Origin: Chiloscyllium plagiosum
Lineage: Eukaryota
NCBI RefSeq assembly: GCF_004010195.1
Contig: NC_057718.1
Coordinates: forward strand, 6,477,457 to 6,497,456
Reading direction: 5' to 3'
DNA: 20,000 bases
The first letter of the stretch is position 1. Each line of letters opens with the position of its first letter. The position numbers and the translations under genes are program-made. Positions 10,125-19,500 of the stretch are shown piece after piece. The notes beneath the pieces were generated by a model, which was not told the origin of the DNA, searched no databases, and was given only the letters and a program-made list of their open reading frames with translations.

Positions 10125-10217
10125 AAATAGACACTTCCTTTTTTCCACATCTTTGATCTGTTTACCAACCCCCCCCCTCCAATATTCAAAGCATCATCCT
10201 CTGCTGATTCTGCCAAT

Positions 10218-10863
10218 TTTAGTAAGGCGTTTGATAAGGTTCCCCATGGTAGGCTACTTCAAAAAATACAGAGATATGGCATTGAGGGTGAGTTGGAGGT
10301 TTGGATTAGGAATTGGCTGGCTGGAAGAAGACAGAGGGTAGTAGTTGATGGTAAAGGTTCATCTTGGAGTGCAGTTACTAGCGGTGTTCCGCAAGGATCT
10401 GTTTTGGGACCATTGCTGTTTGTCATTTTTATAAATGACCTGGAAGAGGGGTTAGAAGGTTAGGTGAGCAAGTTTGCGGATGATACGAAAGTCGGAGGAG
10501 TTATTGACAGTGAGGAAGGATGTGGCAGGTTACAGCAGGATATAGAGAAGCTGCAGAGCTGGGCAGAAAGGTGGCAAATGGAATTCAATGTAGCTAAGTG
10601 TGAGGTGATTCACTTTGGGAAGAATAACAAAAAGATGGGGTACTGGGCTAATGGTCGGATACTTGGTAGTGTGGATGAGCAGAGGGATCTTGGTGTCCAT
10701 GTACACAGATCTCTGAAAGTTGCCACCCAGGTAAATAGTGCGGTGAGGAAGGCATATGGCGTACTGGCTTTTATTGGTAGAGGAATTGAGTTCCGGACTC
10801 CTGAGGTCATGATGCAGTTGTATAAGACTCTGGTGCGGCCGCATCTGGAATACTGTGTGCAGT
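10218..10863 (+). mobile_element. Young 5'-truncated CR1 LINE, RT domain, runs into the gap
   Basis: One frame: [14 protein letters not shown]...[15 protein letters not shown]...[31 protein letters not shown]...RPHLEYCVQ; single TAG at 10461-10463, no frameshift. Confidence 0.95.
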
Positions 10864-11153
10864 NNNNNNNNNNNNNNNNNNNNNNNNNNNNNNNNNNNNN
10901 NNNNNNNNNNNNNNNNNNNNNNNNNNNNNNNNNNNNNNNNNNNNNNNNNNNNNNNNNNNNNNNNNNNNNNNNNNNNNNNNNNNNNNNNNNNNNNNNNNNN
11001 NNNNNNNNNNNNNNNNNNNNNNNNNNNNNNNNNNNNNNNNNNNNNNNNNNNNNNNNNNNNNNNNNNNNNNNNNNNNNNNNNNNNNNNNNNNNNNNNNNNN
11101 NNNNNNNNNNNNNNNNNNNNNNNNNNNNNNNNNNNNNNNNNNNNNNNNNNNNN
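10864..11153. other. Assembly gap (290 N)
   Basis: Run of N. Confidence 1.
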
Positions 11154-11313
11154 CAATCTCCCCCCTTCCCTGGCTTTGAACTTGTTGTCGATTTCTTACA
11201 TTTTTAACTTTTTCCAGTTCTGGGGAAAGGCAATCAGCCTGAACTCTGCTTTCCTTTCCATCGATGCTGCCAGGTCTTTTGAGTATTCTAACATTTTCTG
11301 CAGTTAACTTCAG
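11154..11313 (+). mobile_element. Penelope-like 3' end / single pLTR arm related to family C
   Basis: TTCCAGTTCTGGGGAAAGG...AACTCTGCTTTCCTTTCCATCGATGCTGCCAGGTC...GAGTATTCTAACATTTTCTG resembles the right arms of 3586-3783 and 7481-7680; pyrimidine-rich leader. Confidence 0.65.
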
Positions 11314-11409
11314 CCTCTACCATGCTCTATATTTTGCTTTTGTAACATTTGAACACCCAGGTGATGACCAGGATCACAAGGCATTCAAGTTGGCTTTGGG
11401 TAATAATTT

Positions 11410-11531
11410 GGATTAAAATAATGTGCAAGGTGTAGGGAAAAAGCAGGAAACTGGCTCTTGGTAATGAGGCTCATTTGATGAGGCAGTGTAGGGCTGATTA
11501 GCCTCTTTCTGTGCTGTGATAACTCTGTGAT
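11410..11531 (+). mobile_element. CR1 3' UTR fragment
   Basis: GGGAAAAAGCAGGAAACTGG...GGGCTGATTAGCCTCTTTCTGTGCTGTGATAACTCTGTGAT tail pattern. Confidence 0.65.
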
Positions 11532-11736
11532 CTTGAGTAGATCACCCAGTCATTCAAGTCTGCTCTGCCATTGCAACAGATCATGGCTGAGGTGACTTGG
11601 TCATCAACTCCACATTCCTGACTAGACTGATAACCTTTCACCCCATGGCTTATAGAGAATCTAAATACCTTAAAAATATTTAAAGATTCTACCTCCATTG
11701 CCTTTGAAAGAACAGAAGTCCAACCCTTGCAGAGAA

Positions 11737-11860
11737 GGTCAACCCTCAGCCTCTGACACTGCAGGGAAAACGGCCCCAATTATTCAGCCTCACCCTGTAG
11801 CTCAAACCCTCCAACCCTGGCAACAACCTTGTAGATTCTTTCTGCACCTTTTCAAGTTTT
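11737..11860 (-). repeat. Inverted local copy of 12107-12229 flanked by a 16-bp direct repeat
   Basis: 118/123 identity to the reverse complement of 12107-12229; CAACCCTTGCAGAGAA at 11721-11736 and 11861-11876. Confidence 0.95.
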
Positions 11861-11925
11861 CAACCCTTGCAGAGAACCAAATTGTCCTTGTCTCTGTCTT
11901 CAGTGGGTCACCCCCCTCTCCCCAC

Positions 11926-12779
11926 TTTTTGTTTATTTGTTAATGGGCTGTCGGCATTGCTGATTGGTCAGCATTTATTGCCCATCCCTATTTGGCCAGA
12001 GGACAGTAAAGAGTCAACCACATTGCTGTGGGTCTGGAGTCACAGGTAGGCCAGACCAGGTAAGGATGGCTAATTCTGCTCTCCCTGCTCAAGGAAAGAT
12101 GTTGTTAAACTTGAAAAGGTGCAGAAAGAATCTACAAGGTTGTTGCCAGGGTTGGAGGGTTTGAGCTATAGGGAGAGGCTGAATAGTAGGGGCCATTTTC
12201 CCTGCAGTGTCAGAGGCTGAGGGTTGACCTTATAGAAGTTTATAAAATCATGAGGGGCATGGTTAGGGTAAATAGACACAGTATTTTCCCTAGGGTAGGG
12301 AAATTAGAGGGCATAAGTTTTAGGTGAGGGGGGGAGATTTAAAAGGGACCTGAGGGGTAACTTTTTCACACAGAGGGTAGTGCGTTTATGGAATGAGCTG
12401 TCAGAGGAAGTGGTGGAGGCTGGTACAATTACAACATTTAAAAGGAAATTGGATGGGTATAGGAATAAGAAGGGTTTAGAGACATATGGCCACATGCTGG
12501 CAAATGGGACTTGATTAATTTAGGATATCTGATCAGAATGGATGAGTTGGACTGAAGGGTCTGTTTCCGTGCTGTACACCTCTATGACTCTACATGGGTT
12601 TTTGCAACAGTTGTCAATGGTCACCTGGTTGTTATTAGTTCTGTTTTAATTTACATTTTTTAAAAATTGAATCCAAATTTCACCATCTACTACAGTGGGA
12701 TTTGAACCCCTGACCCCAGTGTATTAGCACGGGATTCTGAATTACTCTATGGCAATGTTGCCACTACACCACCACCTCC
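11926..12779 (-). mobile_element. tRNA-derived SINE (same family as 2149-2797), pieces 11926-12070 and 12594-12779
   Basis: Aligns with 2149-2406; reverse-strand B box (GGGATTTGAACCCC) at ~12697-12710. Confidence 0.85.
12071..12592 (+). mobile_element. CR1 LINE 3' end (ORF2 C-terminus + 3' UTR)
   Basis: RKDVVKLEKVQKESTRLLPGLEGLSYRERLN...QRLRVDLIEVYKIMRGM...FFTQRVVRLWNELSEEVV; tail CTCTATGACTCTA. Confidence 0.93.
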
Positions 12780-13399
12780 CTTTGAGCAGTCACCCCTTGT
12801 TGTAGATTTTCTCACCGAAGGAACCATCTTCTCAAAGACCAGCTTGTCAGATCCCCTCAAGGTCTCACATGTTTTGATCAAGTCACATTTTACCCTTCGG
12901 AACTTCAGCGGATACAAGTCTAGCCTGTCTGACCTGTTAAAGCTGAGGTTCAACTGACCAATTCCAATCAATCCCATGTCATTCCAATAAAAACAGCAAA
13001 TTTCCTGGCCAGGACATTTTCCCAAGCTACTAAAATCAAAAGGAAGAACCCTCCAAATCATTTTGCCTAGTGACTGGGTCTTCAGGTATCTTAATCATTG
13101 ACCGAGAATATGTTCCTCGTCTGAAGTGCCTCTCTCCTCCTCAGTAAAATGTACCTCCTTTGAGCATCCTTGTCCCACCTGTTGGCCTTTTGTGGTAGCT
13201 ATCTGTGAGCCAGGAGGCCTGGTTTCTAGTCCTACATTACTCCACAGTTGTGTGATACTATCTCTGAATGTGTTGCTTGAAAATATCTATTGCCATCCAT
13301 TCATATTTGCTCCTTAATTGATCTTGTGGAAAAATACTGATCTGATTTCTCTTACGTGAAGTTTCTTTGGATGTTTTACTACATTATGTTGAAGCTAAG

Positions 13400-13971
13400 A
13401 TCAAGAAAGCACAACAACATCTCTACTTCCTCAGGAGGTTAAGGAAATTCAGCATGTCCATAAAGACGCTTACCAGTTTTTGTAGATGCACCATTCCACA
13501 TTAATGCATTACAATTTGGTATAACAAGTGCTCTGCCCAGGATCATAACAAACTACAGAGAGTTGTGAACACAGCCCAGTCCATCAGGCAAACCAACCTC
13601 CCATCCATAAACTCCATCTACATTTCGCAATGCCTCGGAATGTCAGCTAACATCATCAAAGACCCCTCCCATCCTGGTATAATCTCTTCCATTGGGCAAA
13701 AGGTACAAAAGCTTAAACACACGTACCGTCAGATTCAAGAACAGCTTCTTCTCTGCTGTTATTGAACTCCTGAATGGACCTCTCAACTTTTAAATTTCAT
13801 GTTGATCTCAGTCTCTGTGCCCTTTCTCTGCAGTTGTAACATTGTATTCCTCACTCTGTTCTATCACCCTAATGTACTTTGTATGGTATGATCTGCTGGT
13901 ACTGCATGCAAAACAACACTTTTCACTGAATCGAGGTACTTGTGATGATAATAAATCAAATCAAATCAAAT
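13400..13971 (+). mobile_element. Rex1/Babar-clade LINE 3' end
   Basis: KKAQQHLYFLRRLRKFSMS...CITIWYNKCSAQDHNKLQRVVNTAQSI...IIKDPSHPG...RFKNSFFSAVIELLN; (AAATC)n tail. Confidence 0.9.
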
Positions 13972-14393
13972 ATTAACAGTGATATATATATACAGCTGAG
14001 GTTGTAGGTTAAAATTCCACCACAGCAAGTGATACACCTTAATTCATTGGATCTGTTGCAGCTTGATATCAAAGTCAAAACAGGTTCATTGCTATCTCTC
14101 AGAGATGCAAGTCAGACAAACTATGACCAACTCAGAAGCAGCCTGTGGGAATTATTATTGCAGGTTGTTTCACTGGCTAGGAAGGAACAAATGCTAATTA
14201 GGAGAGAAATTCCAGAAATAATCACAAATGTTTAGACCAATTAGCAGAGATGGGGTCTGCAGAGGTACTTGTTCCAGGTAGGACTAGCCTTCATAAGCCA
14301 TGAATAGTGCCTCTATTGTGGTGATCAGCAATCAATGCTGTTGGTTTCCAGTCAGGCTGCTTGAGTTATTCCACCCTTGTTCTCACTCTAGCT

Positions 14394-14730
14394 AGTCAGA
14401 AGTCACATGACACCAGGTTACTGTCCAACAGATTTATTTAAAATCACAAGCTTGCAGAGTGCTGTTCCTTCATCAGATGAAGCATACATGATGAAGGAGC
14501 AGCACTCCGATAGCTTGTGATTTCAAATAAACCTGTTGAACTATCACTTGGAGAAAGTGAGGACTGCAGATGTTGGAGATCAGAGCTGAAAAATGTGTTG
14601 CTGGAAAAGCGCAGCAGGTCAGGCAGCATCCGAGGAGCAGGAGAATCAGGCATAAGCCCTTCTTCAGGAAGGAGTCATGTGACTTCTGACTTTGTCGACC
14701 CTGGTCCAACACCAGCACCTCCACATCATG
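14394..14730. mobile_element. Fold-back element family B with a nested family A arm
   Basis: AGTCAGAAGTCACATGAC...CCTTCATCAG is inverted as TGATGAAGGAG...CTATCACTTG and, after the insert, GTCATGTGACTTCTGACT; ends CTCCACATCATG. Confidence 0.85.
14550..14670 (-). mobile_element. Single pLTR-like family A arm
   Basis: GGAGAAAGTGAGGACTGCAGATG...CAGCAGGTCAGGCAGCATC...AAGCCCTTCTTCAGGAA aligns to 8231-8361. Confidence 0.87.
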
Positions 14731-14919
14731 GCCACGAGGGAGATATGTAAGTTTGATTTTGGCACCACTTCTTGCAGAACACCATGGCAGAAGGATACTT
14801 TCAAACCTTTCTGGTTCCCCCCACCACCTCTGTCTTCCAAACTTACCAATCCTTCCCTGGTCACTGTTATATGATATCTCCACACAATCCAGCCCTTTTT
14901 TCTCCGTTGAAGCTGTCTT

Positions 14920-15118
14920 GAAGTATTTCAATGAAATAGTTTTTGTGAATCAGTGGAACTCACTATCCAAAGTGTGGTCGATGCCAAAACACTGAATAGT
15001 AATGAGTTAAACAGAAATGGAGAGCAGGCAGGCAGGAGGTGAAATCAGTGAATATCATGTTAAATGGCAGAGCAGTCCTGAGGGGATGAATGGCCTACTC
15101 CTATCCCTTGTTCTTATG
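14920..15118 (+). mobile_element. Degenerate CR1 3' end
   Basis: VNQWNSL remnant; tail TAAATGGCAGAGCAG...GAGGGGATGAATGGCCTACTCCTATCCCTTGTTCTTATG. Confidence 0.75.
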
Positions 15119-15757
15119 CCCTCACCCTAGCACTCTCTTGCTTTCATGTTTCCAAGACTGCTCTGAAGTTCCTCAGAGAGCGTAACTTCCAAAATGATTG
15201 CCCTGTTCCACTTTATTTCAGCACAAGGTATAGCCGGTTCTGGTATGACCAGCTATCAAAACCAGTTATTGAGAAATTGAAGCAATGCATTGAATTTAAC
15301 TAGTTTAGTTAGTTGTTATGTTGCGTCCTGTACATATAGTTTGAGAGCTTGAAGCACTGTCAGTGCCAAACATAGTCTGGATCATGAAGAAACCCTAAAG
15401 CAATTACCATGTCTGTTTAATATTCAATGTGTTTAGTCTAGTGTGTTGGTTTGGCTTGGTGGAGTGCTAAGAGATGAATTTTGGCTCCAGCCACAACGTC
15501 AGTCAATGTGTTGAGTAATACCTGATGGATTTACTTGATTACTCCTAAATAAGGTTCCCATTTACGGAAATTATCCGGCAGTTCACTTAAGTTTTTGGAA
15601 ATGTGCAAGAGTTTGGGAAATGTGACTAATGGAACCAGAATGAACAAGGAAGAGATGAGCAGGGGATGGGGTTTGAGAGCAGTGGCTGTGGAGAGAAATG
15701 ACAGAGAATTTGTTTTTTAAAAAAAGTGGAAATCCACAAGAGAGAGAGACCATTCGC

Positions 15758-15779
15758 AGAGAGAGAGAGAGAGAGAGAG
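15758..15779. repeat. (AG)11 microsatellite, with a shorter AG run at 15739-15749
   Basis: Direct reading. Confidence 0.95.
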
Positions 15780-16689
15780 CAAGAACTCCTATGTTATTCT
15801 GAAAGTGTTGGAGGTTTGCAAACAAAGTAGGTTCGAGTTCCATTGCAATCTGAGCTGTTGATTGATTTGAGCTGTGAATAGAGTGGATGGATGGGGAAAG
15901 AACAGTGTTATACTTGGTCCACAAGTTTGTGTTCAGAAATTGGCACAGTTTCCTCCTCCTGGTGGCTGTCCAGCTACCGCCTGCAGCAAGATAGGCATTT
16001 ACCAAGGATCGAAATGGTTCTGAACATTTTCTTGGAGATGGACAGCCCACTGTACCTCAGTTTAAAGTTGCCAGCGGACTAAACGTGTCAACTGAAGGCT
16101 ACTCAGGTCAGGGCCTCAGATAGAAAGGAGTGCGAGGAAATTGGCACAGAGATGTGAAAATAAAACATTTAAGTATAAATTAACAAAGTTGGAAAAGAAC
16201 TTTGGAAGAACGTTCTACAGAGTCATCTAGTGGCTATAACTTGAAACGTCTTGTGACGGTTTACGTGAGAAAATTAAATGATGAATGCTGACAAGAACAA
16301 GTCTCAACAAAAACTGTAACTTTTGCTAATGTTCTGTCTCTTGTGTGCTCACTCATTTTTTTCTCTCGTGCTTCTCTTCAATGCAACACTTTGTGCCTCC
16401 CCATCACCTGATATACTTCCTTCCTAGCTCTTCCTTGTTCTTTCCTGTTCCATCCTCACCTTCCCCTAACCTTTACACACTCCGAAGAACATTAAGCGAA
16501 TTTCTGAAGATGTGCAGGGAATGGGAACCACATCGAAGGGTGATTAAGTAAATCCATCAGGTCTTGCTGAATGTAATCACTGACAATTGGGACGATGTGA
16601 CATTATGAAGTAAGGTTTGTGAGCAGAAAGTGCATCTCCTATTTTAAAAACAAACGGGGATGGAGGCCTTGAGATTCCAATTTCCAGAT

Positions 16690-16925
16690 CGGGACATGGG
16701 CATCGCTGGATGGGCCAGTATTTATTGCCCATCACTAGTACTCCTTGAGAAGATGGTAGTGAGCTGTCCTCTTGGATGGATGCAGTCCATGTGAGGTATG
16801 TAAATCCATAATGCTTGTGGGGAGGGAATTCCAGGATTTTGACCCAGTGATGCAGAAGGAAGGGAGATATATTTCCAAGTCAGGATGGTGAGTGGCTTGG
16901 AAGGGAATTTGCAGTGGGTGGACAT
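16690..16925 (-). mobile_element. L2/CR1-clade LINE 3' end sharing its tail with the tRNA-SINE
   Basis: GGGACATGGGCATCGCTGG...CCAGTATTTATTGCCCATC matches SINE tails at 2160-2200 and 11945-11990; body homologous to 6735-6935. Confidence 0.8.
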
Positions 16926-16934
16926 TTTGTCATT

Positions 16935-17255
16935 GAAAGATAGATGTCTACCACACAGAAAAGAAGCCCTTCAGCCCATCATGTCCGTTCCTGTCAACAG
17001 CAATCACCATTTTCTACCACTTGGCCCATAGCCTTGTACACCCTGGCATCACAAGTGCACATCTAAATGCTTCTTCAGTGGGATGAGGGAGTCTGCCTCT
17101 CCAACCATTACAGACATAGAGTTCCAGATTCCCACAACCCTTTGGGTGAAAACGTTTTTTCCTCACAGCCCTCTACACCTCCTTCCCCTAATCTTAAATC
17201 TATGCTCTTGGCCATTAATCCCTCCACTGAAGGTAAAAGTTTCTTCCTGTCCACA
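16935..17255 (-). mobile_element. CR1 3' end fragment
   Basis: GCCCTTCAGCCCATCATGTC tail; GTTCCAGATTCCCACAACCCTTTGGGTGAAAA is the reverse of FTQRVVGIWN. Confidence 0.82.
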
Positions 17256-17469
17256 TGCCAATGTGTTATAACACAACTTATTGCTCCTTGTCAGGGTTTA
17301 TCAGTTCTTTATCCCAAATTGGAATATTCAGAATGCTTCAAAAACATCAATAGATCAAAGTTCACGCTGTGATTTGAAACTGACTCTTTGTCTGAAATTC
17401 ATTAATAGCTCTCTAATACAAACATTACAATGGCATCCATTGGCAGACTCTTTCTCCCAGTGTTGCACT

Positions 17470-17770
17470 GTCTAAATCAAGGGGGCAAGCATTTACGATG
17501 AGAGGAGGAAAGCTCAGAGGAGATCTGAGGGGCAAAGGTTTTACACAGAGAGTGGTAGGAGTCTGAAACACGCTGCCAGGGGTGGTGGTGGAGGCAGGTA
17601 TGTTAGGGATATTTTAGGGGTTTTTAAATAAGCACATGAATACGCAAGGGACAGAGGGATATGGACCATGAACAGGCAGAAGAAATTGGTTTCATTTGGC
17701 GTCATGTTCAGCACAGCATTGTGGGCCGAAGGGCCTATTCCTGTGCTGTACTGTTCTCTATTCTATGTTC
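17470..17770 (+). mobile_element. CR1 3' end fragment
   Basis: RGDLRGKGFTQRVVGV*NTLPGVVVEAG; tail GGGCCGAAGGGCCTATTCCTGTGCTGTACTGTTCTCTATTCTATG. Confidence 0.88.
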
Positions 17771-17774
17771 AATG

Positions 17775-17870
17775 TAACAGCACTGCGGCCACTGCAGTAT
17801 TTTATGAGTGAATGTGCACAGAGCACTTTTCTCCCAAGAAAGGCACTAGATAAATGCAAGTCGTTGTTTC
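17775..17870 (+). mobile_element. DeuSINE/L2-type 3' tail remnant
   Basis: Ends GAAAGGCACTAGATAAATGCAAGTC, resembling the recalled GAAAGGCGCTATATAAATGCAAG tail of AmnSINE1/SacSINE1-type elements. Confidence 0.55.
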
Positions 17871-18227
17871 TTATGCATTGGGAACATGCTGTTCTCAATA
17901 ACCTTGTTTCTCCCCAGTTAATCTTGAAATGTCATCACGTAAGCTACAGTCTTGAGGAGGAGATTCCTTCTCCCTGTTTGGTGCGGCTAAATCATAAACA
18001 GGTTCAGAAGGAAGATTTTCACAACTCAGATGCGCTGAGTAATGTTTTTATTCTTGCGATTAGACTCCAACTCGTTCTTTTCCAGAATTCTCCAATCTCC
18101 CTCAAACTCTGATTCTCCAGCATTTCCAGGGCTCGTAAATTTTGTGTTTGGCATTGATTCCTAGATTGACAATCACATTACCGTTTCAGTATTTGGACAG
18201 ACAATATAACTTGAAATTCCTGTCCTA

Positions 18228-18461
18228 AGGGAGTGACTTAATGTCAAAGGCATCAGTTTTCAGATGAGACATTAAATTAATCTTTGACTGGCTCTATTAA
18301 ATGTTTGGAACCATGTGGCATTCCTAACTGAAGAACAGGAAATTATCCCAGTATCTTGGGTAATATTCCTATCACAACCAATCTCACCGAAACCTCACTC
18401 ACTGATCATACATAGGTGCTATTTTCTGAGAGATTTCTTGGTGATGTGTGGCCCTTACATT
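18228..18461 (+). mobile_element. Ancient Deu-domain SINE (SacSINE1/AmnSINE1-related)
   Basis: TTTCAGATGAGACATTAAA...ATGTGGCA...GAAGAACAGGAAATTATCCCAGTATCTTGGGTAATATTCCTATCACAACCAA follows the recalled Deu-domain order. Confidence 0.65.
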
Positions 18462-18950
18462 TGAACATAGAACAGTTTGGCATTGGAATAGGCTCCTCAG
18501 CCTACAATGTCATGACAAACATGATGCCAAATTAAACTAATCCCTTCTGCCTGCCCTTGGTCCATATCCCTCCATTCCTTGCATATTCACGTGCTTACCT
18601 AAAAGTCCCTTAAAAGCCCCTGACATATCTGCCTCCACCACCCCAGCAGTGTGTTCTAAACTCCTATTGCTCCCTGTGTAAAAGACATGGCCCTCACATC
18701 TCCTTTGAAATTTTACCCGCTCGCCTTAAATGCATGCACATTATTTTTCAACATTTCAAATCTGGGAAAAAAAATTATGAGAGGCATTGATAGAGTTGAT
18801 GTGCACAGAGCACTCTATCAATGCCTCTCATAATTTTATAGACTTATATCAAGTCTCCCCTTCTCCACTCCAAAGAAAGCAACCCAAGTTTTTCTAGCCT
18901 CTCCTTATAGCTCATACTCTTTCATTCAGGCAGCATCCTGGGAAACCTGT
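18462..18950 (-). mobile_element. CR1 3' end fragment (same subfamily as 17470-17770, opposite strand)
   Basis: Reverse of LSYKERLEKLGLLSL...GDLI*VYKIMRGIDR; 3' UTR mirrors 17640-17770. Confidence 0.88.
18771..18837. repeat. Perfect 26-bp inverted repeat with a 15-nt loop
   Basis: AAAATTATGAGAGGCATTGATAGAGT (18771-18796) / ACTCTATCAATGCCTCTCATAATTTT (18812-18837). Confidence 0.97.
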
Positions 18951-19218
18951 ATTGGCCAACAATTTGACACAAACCATTGCATATTCAGTTAGCTTTGTGT
19001 AACCTAAAGTGTTCAATTCAAATTCAGAAAGTGGATAATATATGATAATATATGATATAAGTTGTTTTCTTTACTTTCCAAACGTTATTTCTTGTTTTAT
19101 CTCGACTTTGTCTTGTGCACTTGGTCCTGAGCCCAAATTTCCTGAAAAGCTTGGGTTGGATGTAGGGTTATCTAAAGGTCCTAGAAGTTTCTATTCTAAA
19201 GCATTGCTAAAAAGAGGC

Positions 19219-19500
19219 TAGAATAGAGTCATGCAGCATAGAAACAGGTCCTTTGGTTTATCATGTCTATGCCAACCAATAAGTACAAAACTACATTGAT
19301 CCCATTTACTTGCACTGATCCATAGGCTACAATATCCTGGCATTTTAAAAAGCTTCTCCCCTTTAAGAACCTGCCTCCACCACCCTCTTAGGCAACACGT
19401 TCCAAATTTCTACCATCCTCTGGGTCCACTCCTTCCTTCTCATCGCTCCTCAAAACCACTTGATCCTCACCTTAAACAAATGCCCTCTGGCGTTAGACAC
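19219..19500 (-). mobile_element. Degenerate CR1 3' end
   Basis: Homologous to 16935-17255 (CTGCCTCCACCACCCTC..GGCAACACGTTCCA..TACCATCCTCTGGGT). Confidence 0.75.

Larger units (their letters stand above)
11533..12975 (-). mobile_element. Old CR1 3' end split into 11533-11736, 11877-11917 and 12781-12975 by later events
   Basis: ORF 12747-13061 contains DRLDLYPLKFRRVKCDLIKTCETLRG; ORF 11498-11779 contains KAMEVESLNIFK. The pieces are collinear in CR1 order. Confidence 0.78.

Noticed and set aside
10464..11307. Long ORFs of 150-247 aa in the ORF track
   Set aside because: Lengths are inflated by the N gap; the real part is CR1 RT.
13185..13290. tRNA-like repeat fragment (GAGCCAGGAGGCCTGGTTTCTAGTCC)
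   Set aside because: Probably a decayed repeat, but single-copy here and not classifiable.
15229..15249. TA+TAGCCGGTTCTGGTATGAC, similar to the TIR-like start at 19749
   Set aside because: 16/19 match in the same orientation with no further homology; cannot form a TIR pair.
15583..16050. 155-aa minus-strand ORF as a gene
   Set aside because: Non-ATG start, runs through a microsatellite, no recognisable domain.
19034..19056. GATAATATAT tandem duplication
   Set aside because: Trivial low-complexity slippage.
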